Below, one piece after another: positions 14,742-22,506 of a stretch of 24,000 nt of DNA. This DNA comes from Eubacteriales bacterium. GTDB taxonomy: Bacteria; Bacillota; Clostridia; Oscillospirales; CAG-272. The notes beneath the pieces were generated by a model. That model saw nothing but the letters and a program-made list of their open reading frames with translations. It had not been told where the DNA came from and made no database searches. The position numbers and the translations under genes are program-made. The first letter of the stretch is position 1. Every line of letters starts with the position of its first letter. Location of the stretch: contig JAZRLQ010000163.1 of assembly GCA_045646925.1 (NCBI GenBank), positions 8,872 to 32,871 of the forward strand. The letters run 5' to 3'.

Positions 14742-16400
14742 ATGATACAATCTACAAAGGAATTAACTCAAGAAATAAAGAATATATTCGTTACGCTGAA
14801 GCTGCTCGTCCTTTTTCTTTGCGTAATTCCGGTTATCCAAAAGATATTTTCAACGACTTCAACGGATGAGACATTGTTCTTGAGCTTTTCGAAAATGCTT
14901 CTTTTCGTCGGCGTTATTTTGATCGTCGTTGTCTTCTGGGCGGTTACGAATTACGCGTTCAAAAATCAACGCGTCCGTTCGATCGTCGAGGTCGTGACGA
15001 TGTACTTCTTCTGCTTTCTGTGCTACAGAAGCACGGGAACGCATTTGAGTAGCTATAAGTTCATTTTCGCGCTGATCATTTTGCTCTATACCATGGAATT
15101 GGGACTTCGTTTCGGTATGATCTTTTCCATTGCGGCAGGTACGATCATTATCGTTTGCGATTATCTGAGCTGCGCGGAAGCGCTGAGATCGCAGTATTTC
15201 CAAGCGGATATTATGCTTTTGGGAACGTTTGCCCTGCTTGCTTATATCGTCGGCTTCTACGTGGAAAAGGACCGCGCGGTGATCGCTTCACTAAAGGAAT
15301 CGGTCAACAAGGACGCTTTGACGAAGCTATACAATCACCGTTATTTCCACGAATATATGCACGAGATCATCAACCGTCCTCACACGGAAGGCGGACGTGA
15401 GTATCTTTTCATTATGGACATTGACTTTTTCAAGGTCTATAACGATACCCACGGTCATCTGAAGGGGGACGTCGTTCTCGCGAAGATCGCCGAAATATCC
15501 AAAAAGACGATCACCACCGGCTTCGTATTCCGATACGGCGGTGAAGAATTCGCCGTGCATTTGTTTGCGCGTGACCCAAATCACGCCTTCGATATTGCAA
15601 ATAAGCTCAGAACCGCGATCGCGGATTACGTTTTCGAGGGTGAAGAGCTCATGCCCGGACACAACGTCACCGTTTCCATCGGCGTGTCCGAAAAGAGAGA
15701 AGAGGACGATACCGTTGCCGACTGGATCGAGCGCGCGGACAATGCGCTCTACAGAGCGAAGGCTTTCCGCAAAAACTGCGTTCAGTTCTATTCCTCCGTG
15801 TTCGACAGATTCGATCATCTCGACCAGATCAACGACGACGAACGTATCATCTCCATCAAGACCTTGCTTTCGGTCATTAACTCCAGAGACCGCTATACTT
15901 ATAACCACACGGACCGAGTCGTTCACTATTGCGAGATATTTTCCAAATACGCGAAGCTTTCCGAGGAGGAATCCCGTAAGCTTCTGTACAGCGCGTATCT
16001 GCACGACATCGGAAAGATCAATATTCCGCAGGAGATTCTGATCAGTGAAAAACGCCTCACCGACGAGGAATGGGCGCTGATGAAAAAGCACCCGTGGGAC
16101 GGCGCGGACATTGTTCGCAAAATCGAAAATTTCGAAACGATTGCGGATATCGTTCAGCAGCACCATGAAAAATATAACGGCGGCGGATATCCTCAGGGTA
16201 TCAAGGGCGAAGAGATCCATTATCTTGCCCGTGTTCTGACGCTTGCGGACAGCTTTGACGCGATGACGTCAAAACGTCCGTACCAGAAGGTCAAGACCTT
16301 CGAGGAGGCGTTCGCGGAGATCCGTAATTGCAAGGGAACGCATTTCGATCCCGAGCTTGCCGAAATTTTCGTGCAGGCGATCGGAGAGACCTACTGCTGA
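14742..16400 (+). CDS. 6-TM membrane sensor fused to an intact GGDEF (diguanylate cyclase) and an intact HD-GYP (c-di-GMP phosphodiesterase)
   Basis: RBS GAGGTG. About six hydrophobic helices occupy residues 1-190. GGDEF hallmarks: DALTKLYNHRYF, DIDFFKVYNDTHGHLKGD, RYGGEEF, SIGVS, ADNALYRAKAFRKN. There is no RxxD I-site five residues upstream of GGEEF (ITTG instead). HD-GYP hallmarks: HTDRV, LHDIGKINIP, KKHP, HHEKYNGGGYPQG, LADSFDAMTSKRPY. Confidence 0.9.
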   Translation: MIQSTKELTQEIKNIFVTLKLLVLFLCVIPVIQKIFSTTSTDETLFLSFSKMLLFVGVILIVVVFWAVTNYAFKNQRVRSIVEVVTMYFFCFLCYRSTGTHLSSYKFIFALIILLYTMELGLRFGMIFSIAAGTIIIVCDYLSCAEALRSQYFQADIMLLGTFALLAYIVGFYVEKDRAVIASLKESVNKDALTKLYNHRYFHEYMHEIINRPHTEGGREYLFIMDIDFFKVYNDTHGHLKGDVVLAKIAEISKKTITTGFVFRYGGEEFAVHLFARDPNHAFDIANKLRTAIADYVFEGEELMPGHNVTVSIGVSEKREEDDTVADWIERADNALYRAKAFRKNCVQFYSSVFDRFDHLDQINDDERIISIKTLLSVINSRDRYTYNHTDRVVHYCEIFSKYAKLSEEESRKLLYSAYLHDIGKINIPQEILISEKRLTDEEWALMKKHPWDGADIVRKIENFETIADIVQQHHEKYNGGGYPQGIKGEEIHYLARVLTLADSFDAMTSKRPYQKVKTFEEAFAEIRNCKGTHFDPELAEIFVQAIGETYC

Positions 16401-16424
16401 CACATTTTATTTAAGAAACGAGAA

Positions 16425-16464
16425 CTTCCTTGTGAGCCGTCAACGGCTTGTAAGGGAGTTTTTT
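16425..16464 (+). terminator. Rho-independent terminator
   Basis: 15-bp stem CTTCCTTGTGAGCCG (16425-16439) pairing with CGGCTTGTAAGGGAG (16444-16458), including four G-U pairs. Loop TCAA, then TTTTTT. Confidence 0.8.
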
Positions 16465-16497
16465 GTTTACGCGGCAATTCGTCATTGGATTTTATTC

Positions 16498-16526
16498 TTG
16501 ACAAATACTGCGGAAAATTTTATAAT
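16498..16526 (+). promoter_or_regulatory. Consensus sigma-A promoter
   Basis: TTGACA (16498-16503), 17-nt spacer, TATAAT (16521-16526). It lies inside the 5' end of the track ORF 16485-17519, which argues for a later start codon. Confidence 0.7.
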
Positions 16527-16562
16527 AAAAATATAATGATGAAATTGGAAAGGATCGTAACG

Positions 16563-17519
16563 ATGACGGCATACGAAACTTATAAGGCTATCCGAAGCAA
16601 TATGGAGCAAACGATCGCAGGCAAGGGGGACGTGATCGATCTCGTGATCATCGCGCTTTTTTGCGGCGGACATATTCTGATCGAGGACGTACCCGGAACG
16701 GGAAAAACGATGATCGCGCGCTCGCTCGCGGCAAGCATCGACGGCGAATATAAGAGAATTCAGTTCACTCCCGACCTCTTGCCCTCCGATATCACGGGCA
16801 TCAATTATTTTAACGTGAAGGAATCGGAGTTCCGATTCATGAAGGGACCCGTTTTCACCAATATTCTTCTCGCGGACGAGATCAACCGCGCCACGCCGAA
16901 AACGCAGGCGGGGCTTCTCGAATGTATGGAGGAGCATACGGCGACGGTCGACGGAAACACGTATCTGCTCGCCGATCCTTTTTTGGTTATCGCGACACAG
17001 AATCCGCTGGAGAGTATGGGAACGTATCCTCTGCCCGAAGCGCAGCTTGACCGTTTTCTCATCAAAACCGCCGTCGGTTATCCCGATTTTGCAAGCGCTG
17101 TGGAGATCCTCCGAAGATTCGGGGAACAACGCGGTGTGAAGGAGAACCGCTCCGTTGTGACACTTGACGACGTAACGTCGGCTATGAGAGAGACGGCGAG
17201 GGTTTACTGCCATGAGGATCTTTTCCGATATATCACCCGTGTGATCGAAATGACGAGAAAAATGCCCGGCGTCGTTCTCGGCGCGAGTCCGCGCGCGGCG
17301 CTTTCGCTTCTGATGGTGGCGAAGGGCTTTGCCATTCTCGATGGAAGAAATTACGTTCTGCCCGACGACGTCAAATCCGCCGCGATCCCCGTTCTGAATC
17401 ACAGACTGATCCTCACAAGCTCGGAAATGCTGAAAAAGAATTCTGCCGAGCGGATCATCTGCGAGGTCTTGTCAAAAACGCCCGTTCCCACGGAAACGGT
17501 ATTCGACGGAAGAGCGTAA
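16563..17519 (+). CDS. moxR: MoxR-family AAA+ ATPase (AAA_3)
   Basis: ATG at 16563 lies 7 nt after GGAAAGGA and downstream of the promoter. LIEDVPGTGKTMIARSLA (Walker A), RIQFTPDLLPSDITG, LLADEINRATPKTQAGLLECMEE (Walker B), VIATQNPLESMGTYPLPEAQLDRF. Confidence 0.9.
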   Translation: MTAYETYKAIRSNMEQTIAGKGDVIDLVIIALFCGGHILIEDVPGTGKTMIARSLAASIDGEYKRIQFTPDLLPSDITGINYFNVKESEFRFMKGPVFTNILLADEINRATPKTQAGLLECMEEHTATVDGNTYLLADPFLVIATQNPLESMGTYPLPEAQLDRFLIKTAVGYPDFASAVEILRRFGEQRGVKENRSVVTLDDVTSAMRETARVYCHEDLFRYITRVIEMTRKMPGVVLGASPRAALSLLMVAKGFAILDGRNYVLPDDVKSAAIPVLNHRLILTSSEMLKKNSAERIICEVLSKTPVPTETVFDGRA

Positions 17520-17528
17520 GGGTGCGCC

Positions 17529-18647
17529 GTGGACATTGTTTATTATCTGATCACGACGGTCGTCCCGTGGCTTGTAAAAATATTCTTCGTAGCGCTCGCC
17601 GTCCTTGTCAGCGTTCTGCTTTTTCGCGTGATACGGAAATTCACCGTTGACCGCTTGCGCTACGAGAGGTATTTTGCCGACGGGTGCGTTTACGAGGGCG
17701 ACACGACGGAGCTTGTGGAAACGATATGGAATCCCACCGCGTTTTTCGTTCCGTTTGCGGACGTGGGATGCTATTTCTATAATGGTCTTGCCGTGGATGG
17801 AAACCGTCCCGAAAAGGGAATGAGCCTCTTCATCAGCCGATACCATCTGCTCCCCTTCGAGAAGGTAACGAGGCGCATTCGGATCGAATGCGTCGGCAGA
17901 GGCTATTACCGCTTGACCTCCGTTTTCATATCGAGGCTCGGAGAGGAGCATCATATCGACGCGCCGACGGAGATCTACGTATATCCGAAAATCGAAAAGC
18001 TTCCCGATAACGTGCAGAGCGCTTACGGTATGGGCGACGTTCTTTCGCGGAGAAAATTGCTTTTGGATCCCTTTTCCGTTAGCGGCGTGAGGGAATATCA
18101 GCCGGGGGACTCCTTCCATACGATCAATTTCAAGGCGAGCGCCCGACTCTCCGCAGGCGGAAACGCTCGATTTATGGTCAATCGATACGAGTATTGCTCG
18201 AATTTCAAATATTACGTATATCAGAATTTTCACCTTCCCAAGAATGGCGATATCATGTTCGACGAATATGAGGAGATCATGGAGGACGGCTTGCGTATCG
18301 CGGCTTCTCTCGTCGTTAAGGCTTTGGGCGCGGGGGGAGTTTGCGCGTTCGGCGCAAACTGCTCGACACTCGACGGCAGACAAAAGGTGAAATTTGCCGT
18401 TCGCGGCGGCGACGTTCATAAAAACGATATCCTCCGCGAAATGTCAAAGATCCGCGCGATCGACGGCGCTTCGTTTGCAAGCATTCTCGCCGCGGATATT
18501 GCCGACGGTATCACAAACAGTGAGGTTTTTATCATCACGTCCTACGTGGATGAAAGCATAAGTGAGCAGGTGTCGCTTCTCGAACAGATGGGGAACACTG
18601 TGCAGATCATTTCTCTTGCCCATGCGGTGAAGGAGGATTCGTTTTGA
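17529..18647 (+). CDS. DUF58-family protein (usual MoxR partner)
   Basis: GTG start 9 nt after the moxR stop. N-terminal TM helix. VREYQPGDSFHTINFKASAR matches the DUF58 R.Y..GD....I.W..sA signature as I recall it. Confidence 0.8.
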   Translation: MDIVYYLITTVVPWLVKIFFVALAVLVSVLLFRVIRKFTVDRLRYERYFADGCVYEGDTTELVETIWNPTAFFVPFADVGCYFYNGLAVDGNRPEKGMSLFISRYHLLPFEKVTRRIRIECVGRGYYRLTSVFISRLGEEHHIDAPTEIYVYPKIEKLPDNVQSAYGMGDVLSRRKLLLDPFSVSGVREYQPGDSFHTINFKASARLSAGGNARFMVNRYEYCSNFKYYVYQNFHLPKNGDIMFDEYEEIMEDGLRIAASLVVKALGAGGVCAFGANCSTLDGRQKVKFAVRGGDVHKNDILREMSKIRAIDGASFASILAADIADGITNSEVFIITSYVDESISEQVSLLEQMGNTVQIISLAHAVKEDSF

Positions 18648-19243
18648 AAAAGATGGATTTGAAAAAAATAAGATCTTCTCCGCTTGCGGAAAAGGTGATT
18701 TTTATCGTTTTGGCGATAGCAGGGGCGTATTTTACGGATCTTGCGCTGGATGAAAAGCTTCTGGCGCGTCCGGTTCTCCATATTCTGATTCTGCTTTGCG
18801 CTCTGTTTTTCGACGTTTCTCTTTTGCGCCTGCTTCACAAAATGCTGAAGCGAAGGGTGATCCCCGCGGTGAAAAATACGGCGAGGAAGGCTTTCTCCGC
18901 TCTGTTCAGACGAATCGGAAGGATCGCCCGCAACTTCACGGGAAATAACCGAAACGGAAAAATTTTCGTGGAGGGCAAGGAGGAGAGAAGCTTTGCGATG
19001 GAGACGCGCGATCGCAAAAATGCAAAGCAACGAAAAAAACTCCCCCGTCTTTCCAAGGATGCAAGTGAAAGAGAAAAGGCGCGCCACGCGTATACCGTTT
19101 TCGTTTTCAAGAGAGAAAAGGACGTTCCGTCCGTTCTGACGCCAAACGAGGTCGCAGTCCGACTCGATGAAAAGGGCGAACACAAGGATATTTTTACCAA
19201 TTATAATTTTGCACGATATTCTGAAGAAAAAAAGGAGATATAA
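18644..19243 (+). CDS. Membrane protein with a basic linker and a DUF4129-like C-terminus
   Basis: TTG start 6 nt after AAGGAGGA, overlapping the DUF58 stop by 4 nt. Two TM helices. The C-terminal LTPNEVAVRL...NYNFARYSEE resembles the DUF4129 T.E....l....Y..aRYs motif (from memory). It is the third gene of the typical MoxR/DUF58/DUF4129 arrangement. Confidence 0.55.
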   Translation: MKKMDLKKIRSSPLAEKVIFIVLAIAGAYFTDLALDEKLLARPVLHILILLCALFFDVSLLRLLHKMLKRRVIPAVKNTARKAFSALFRRIGRIARNFTGNNRNGKIFVEGKEERSFAMETRDRKNAKQRKKLPRLSKDASEREKARHAYTVFVFKREKDVPSVLTPNEVAVRLDEKGEHKDIFTNYNFARYSEEKKEI

Positions 19244-19245
19244 GC

Positions 19246-20541
19246 ATGAAGCAATTTTCCGTTATCGTTATCGGCGCGGGAAGCCGAGGAAGAGGCTATT
19301 CGCGAATTATGGAAGCTATGCCCGATCAGTATAAGATCGTCGGCGTTGCGGAGCCGGTGGAATCCAAGAGAAAGGGTATGCAGAAGCAATTCGATATTCC
19401 CGAAGAAGCCTGCTTTCTCGATTGGCGCGATATTCTCGACCGTCCGAAGATGGCGGATATCGCCGTGATCGCAACGATGGATGCGGATCATTACGCGCCC
19501 GCGATGAAGGCGATCGAGCTTGGCTACGATATTCTTCTCGAAAAGCCCGTCGCGCCCACGGCGGCAGAGTGCAGAGATATTGCGAACGCCGCGGACAAAA
19601 AGGGCGTGCGCGTGCTGGTTTGCCACGTTCTCAGATATACGGACTTCTTCAAAAAGATCCGTTCGATCGTCAAGAGCGGCAAACTCGGAAAGATCGTTTC
19701 CGTCGATCACGTGGAGGGCATCGGTGATCTTCATTTCTCCCATAGCTACGTGCGCGGCAACTGGCATTCCGAAAAGGAGACCTCGCCCATGCTTCTGGCA
19801 AAAAGCTGCCACGATCTCGATATTTTGCAGTGGATCCTCGATAAGAAGTGCAAGAAAGTACATTCCTTCGGCTCTCTGACGTATTTCACGAAGGAGAACG
19901 CGCCCGAAGGCGCGCCCGTTCGTTGCTTCGAGGGGAATTGCCCCATTGCCGATACCTGCCGTTACGCCTCCGAGCGCGTTTATATCGAAAATCCCCACGG
20001 TGAGTGGTTCAAGGGCGCTTTCCGCTATATCATGTCCCGCGCATACGGCTCCTCCGACGAAGAATTGGCGAGAGCTTTGAGAGAGACGGATTACGGTCTC
20101 TGCGTTTTCCACGCCAACAACGACGTGAACGATCATCAGATCGTCAATATGGAATTCGAGGGCGGGGAAACGGTTGCGCTGAGCGTCAACGCCTTCAATC
20201 TCGGCGGCAGATATATCCGCATTTACGGCACGAAGGGTGAGCTTTACGCGCATATGTCCGACGATTTCATCACGGTCTCCACATATGAGGACGTGAAGAC
20301 GGAAAAGATTCCCGTGAGAGCGGCAGACGAGATGATCACGGGCGGACACGGCGGAGGTGACGAAGGCATCATCCGCGACCTTTACGATTATTTACGCGGC
20401 GATTATCACGGATTCTCCGTTGCGGATATTCACGTCTCCGTTGCGAATCACATGATTGGCTTTGCCGCGGAGGAATCTCTTCACAACGATACGGTCGTAT
20501 ACGTGGACGAGTTCTGTGAAAGATACGGTTTTAAAATCTGA
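19246..20541 (+). CDS. Gfo/Idh/MocA-family NAD(P)-dependent oxidoreductase
   Basis: N-terminal Rossmann motif VIVIGAGSRGRGY. ILLEKPVA (EKP motif). The alpha/beta C-terminal domain has the expected length. RBS AAAGGAGA. Confidence 0.85.
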   Translation: MKQFSVIVIGAGSRGRGYSRIMEAMPDQYKIVGVAEPVESKRKGMQKQFDIPEEACFLDWRDILDRPKMADIAVIATMDADHYAPAMKAIELGYDILLEKPVAPTAAECRDIANAADKKGVRVLVCHVLRYTDFFKKIRSIVKSGKLGKIVSVDHVEGIGDLHFSHSYVRGNWHSEKETSPMLLAKSCHDLDILQWILDKKCKKVHSFGSLTYFTKENAPEGAPVRCFEGNCPIADTCRYASERVYIENPHGEWFKGAFRYIMSRAYGSSDEELARALRETDYGLCVFHANNDVNDHQIVNMEFEGGETVALSVNAFNLGGRYIRIYGTKGELYAHMSDDFITVSTYEDVKTEKIPVRAADEMITGGHGGGDEGIIRDLYDYLRGDYHGFSVADIHVSVANHMIGFAAEESLHNDTVVYVDEFCERYGFKI

Positions 20542-20551
20542 TGGATATCGA

Positions 20552-20580
20552 ATGACTCTCGGTTTTTCGGGAGTCATTTT
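20552..20580 (+). terminator. Possible weak intrinsic terminator
   Basis: ATGACTCTCG (20552-20561), loop GTTTTT, CGGGAGTCAT (20568-20577), then TTT. The T-tract is short, so termination may be only partial. Confidence 0.45.
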
Positions 20581-20594
20581 TGAAAGGATATTAT

Positions 20595-21539
20595 ATGAAA
20601 TTGATTGCTCCCGATTATTATGAAACTTTCACCTGTATTGCAGATCGGTGCAAGCATAGCTGTTGTATCGGTTGGGAGATCGATATCGACGGCGAAACGC
20701 TCGCGGACTATCAATCGGTCGAGGGCGCGTTCGGAGAACGTCTGCGCGCGGGCATCGAGATCGGAGAGGACGGCGCTTGCTTCCGTCTCGGTGAAAACGA
20801 GAGATGTCCTTTTCTGAACGAAAACGGACTTTGCGATATTATTTTGAATCTCGGGGAAAACCGACTTTCCCAGATCTGCACGGATCATCCGCGATTCTGC
20901 TCCTTTTACGGCGACCGTACGGAGATCGGGCTCGGCCTCTGTTGTGAGGAGGCGGGACGGATCGTCCTCTCGAAAAAGGAGAAAACGAAGCTTTTCATTT
21001 TGCAGGATGACGGAGAGGATGGGTTACTGACCGAGGAGGAGGCGTTGCTTCTTCGCGAAAGAGAGAGAATGTTTGCGATCGCGCAGGATAGAACGAAGAC
21101 CGTTTCGGCGCGTATCCGTGCGCTTTGCGAGGCGTTTGACGTTGATATTCCGAAAAAGAGCTTCGGTGAATGGATCGACACGTTTCTTTCTCTCGAGATC
21201 ATGGATCGTGATTGGGAAACGCTTCTCCGTGAGGCAAGAGAGAGCGGCGCTACGCAAAACGAGGACGGGGACTTTGAGACTGCGTGGGAGCAGATCCTTG
21301 TGTATTTTATTTACCGACACGTTTCCGATCCCGAACGGGAAGTACGAAAGCAGATCTTCTTTTCCGTACTTGGCGTTGCCATGATCCGCACGCTTTTCGC
21401 GCATATTTGCGAGCGGGACGGAAAAGCGGATTTTGACGCCTTGGTTGAGCTTTGCAGATTGTATTCCTCGGAGATCGAATATTCCGAGGAGAATACGGAA
21501 ATATTGACGGAAATGATGATGGAGGAGGAAACGGCATGA
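20595..21539 (+). CDS. Cysteine-cluster protein resembling FliB (flagellin lysine-N-methylase) / YkgJ-type CxxCxxCC family
   Basis: ATG at 20595 lies 6 nt after GAAAGGA. PDYYETFTCIADRCKHSCCIGWEIDIDGETLADY resembles the FliB N-terminus P.F...F.C.G..C.D.CC.GW.I.lD..t...Y as I recall it from Salmonella. Further Cys-containing motifs (ERCPFLNENGLCDI, CTDHPRFC) follow. Confidence 0.55.
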   Translation: MKLIAPDYYETFTCIADRCKHSCCIGWEIDIDGETLADYQSVEGAFGERLRAGIEIGEDGACFRLGENERCPFLNENGLCDIILNLGENRLSQICTDHPRFCSFYGDRTEIGLGLCCEEAGRIVLSKKEKTKLFILQDDGEDGLLTEEEALLLRERERMFAIAQDRTKTVSARIRALCEAFDVDIPKKSFGEWIDTFLSLEIMDRDWETLLREARESGATQNEDGDFETAWEQILVYFIYRHVSDPEREVRKQIFFSVLGVAMIRTLFAHICERDGKADFDALVELCRLYSSEIEYSEENTEILTEMMMEEETA

Positions 21540-22387
21540 AAAATGAACAGATCAATATCAGAGATCCATTCGTCGTATGCGAGGATGGGAAATATTATAT
21601 GTACGGAACGAGAGCGTCCAATTTCGGCAGATTGGTTGCGGGATTCGACGTTTACGTTTCCGACGATCTTGAAAATTGGAGCGATCCGATCCCGTGCTTT
21701 GATTCGGCCCGATGTGGCTTGAACAGAGAGGTCAATTGGGCGCCCGAAGTACACAAATACGGTGGAAAATATTATATGCTTGCGACCTTTACGCAGGAAA
21801 ACGGGTTGCGCGGAACGTATTCGCTCTGTTCCGACAGCTTGCTCGGACCTTTTGTGCCGAATAGCGAGGGAGCGCTCACGCCGACGGAATGGGAATGCCT
21901 CGATGGAACGCTCTACGTTGATAAAAACGGCGCGCCGTATCTTGTCTTCTGTCACGAGCATACGCAGATCGTGGACGGAACGATCTGCTACGTGCGGTTG
22001 AATGAGGATCTGAGTCGGGCGCAGGGAGAGACGGTCACACTTTTCTCCGCTTCGTCCACGGGCGTGTCCGATCCGCTCTGGAAGGATCGCCATTTCGTGA
22101 CGGACGGGCCGTTCATGTACCACTCCAAAACGGGAGAGCTTTTCATGATATGGTCTACCTTCATTAAGGGCAAATACGCCGAGTGCATCGTGAAATTCAA
22201 AGGCGGAAGACTCGGACTCGATTTTGAGCATATGAAGCCTCTGATTGACGATGACGGCGGACACGGAATGATATTTGACGATGGAAAAAGAACGCTTCTC
22301 ACCTACCATACCCCGAACGTCAAGGGGATGGAAAGACCGATGTTCCGCTTGATTGAGGACCGCGGAAGCGAGATCGCCGTATTGTAA
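21536..22387 (+). CDS. Glycoside hydrolase family 43 (arabinofuranosidase/xylosidase-type five-bladed propeller)
   Basis: ATG at 21536 overlaps the upstream stop (ATGA) and follows GGAGGAGGA. NIRDPFVVCEDGKYYMYGT, WAPEVHKYGGKYYMLAT, LDGTLYVDKNGAPYLVF and TDGPFMYH are typical GH43 blade motifs. The track's longer ORF start (21452) lies inside the previous gene. Confidence 0.85.
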   Translation: MKNEQINIRDPFVVCEDGKYYMYGTRASNFGRLVAGFDVYVSDDLENWSDPIPCFDSARCGLNREVNWAPEVHKYGGKYYMLATFTQENGLRGTYSLCSDSLLGPFVPNSEGALTPTEWECLDGTLYVDKNGAPYLVFCHEHTQIVDGTICYVRLNEDLSRAQGETVTLFSASSTGVSDPLWKDRHFVTDGPFMYHSKTGELFMIWSTFIKGKYAECIVKFKGGRLGLDFEHMKPLIDDDGGHGMIFDDGKRTLLTYHTPNVKGMERPMFRLIEDRGSEIAVL

Positions 22388-22425
22388 AAATTGTGAATTT
22401 TTTTGAAAAAATACGGTGAAAAAGA

Positions 22426-22453
22426 TTGCTTTTTGTGAAAATTATGGTATAAT
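22426..22453 (+). promoter_or_regulatory. Probable sigma-A promoter with extended -10
   Basis: TTGCTT (22426-22431), 16-nt spacer, TGgTATAAT (22445-22453). It lies 54 nt upstream of the GH31 start. Confidence 0.5.
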
Positions 22454-22467
22454 ACAGACAGAAAAAA

Positions 22468-22485
22468 CACTCTTCGCGAAGAGTG
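22468..22485 (+). promoter_or_regulatory. Perfect 18-nt palindrome just downstream of the -10 (candidate operator or 5'-UTR hairpin)
   Basis: CACTCTTCG|CGAAGAGTG is perfectly self-complementary. It starts 15 nt after the TATAAT and ends 21 nt before the GH31 ATG. Confidence 0.4.
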
Positions 22486-22506
22486 CGCTCTGAAAGGAAG
22501 CCGAAA

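Noticed and set aside
16485-16562. Track start (16485) for the MoxR gene
   Set aside because: A perfect TTGACA-17-TATAAT promoter (16498-16526) lies inside this extension. The ATG at 16563 has an RBS and gives a typical MoxR length of about 318 aa.
22097-22117. GH43 motif reads TDGPF where I expected a Glu (EGP-type general acid)
   Set aside because: I cannot align GH43 subfamilies reliably by eye, and the catalytic Glu may be elsewhere. This is not enough to call the enzyme inactive.
19201-22309. Long minus-strand ORFs 19201-20349 (382 aa) and 21311-22309 (332 aa), and similar ones at 284-1123, 3125-4066, 7854-8837, 15327-16220, 16482-17402 and 17472-18419
   Set aside because: Each is antisense to a + strand gene with recognisable family motifs. 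None has a plausible RBS or any domain signature.
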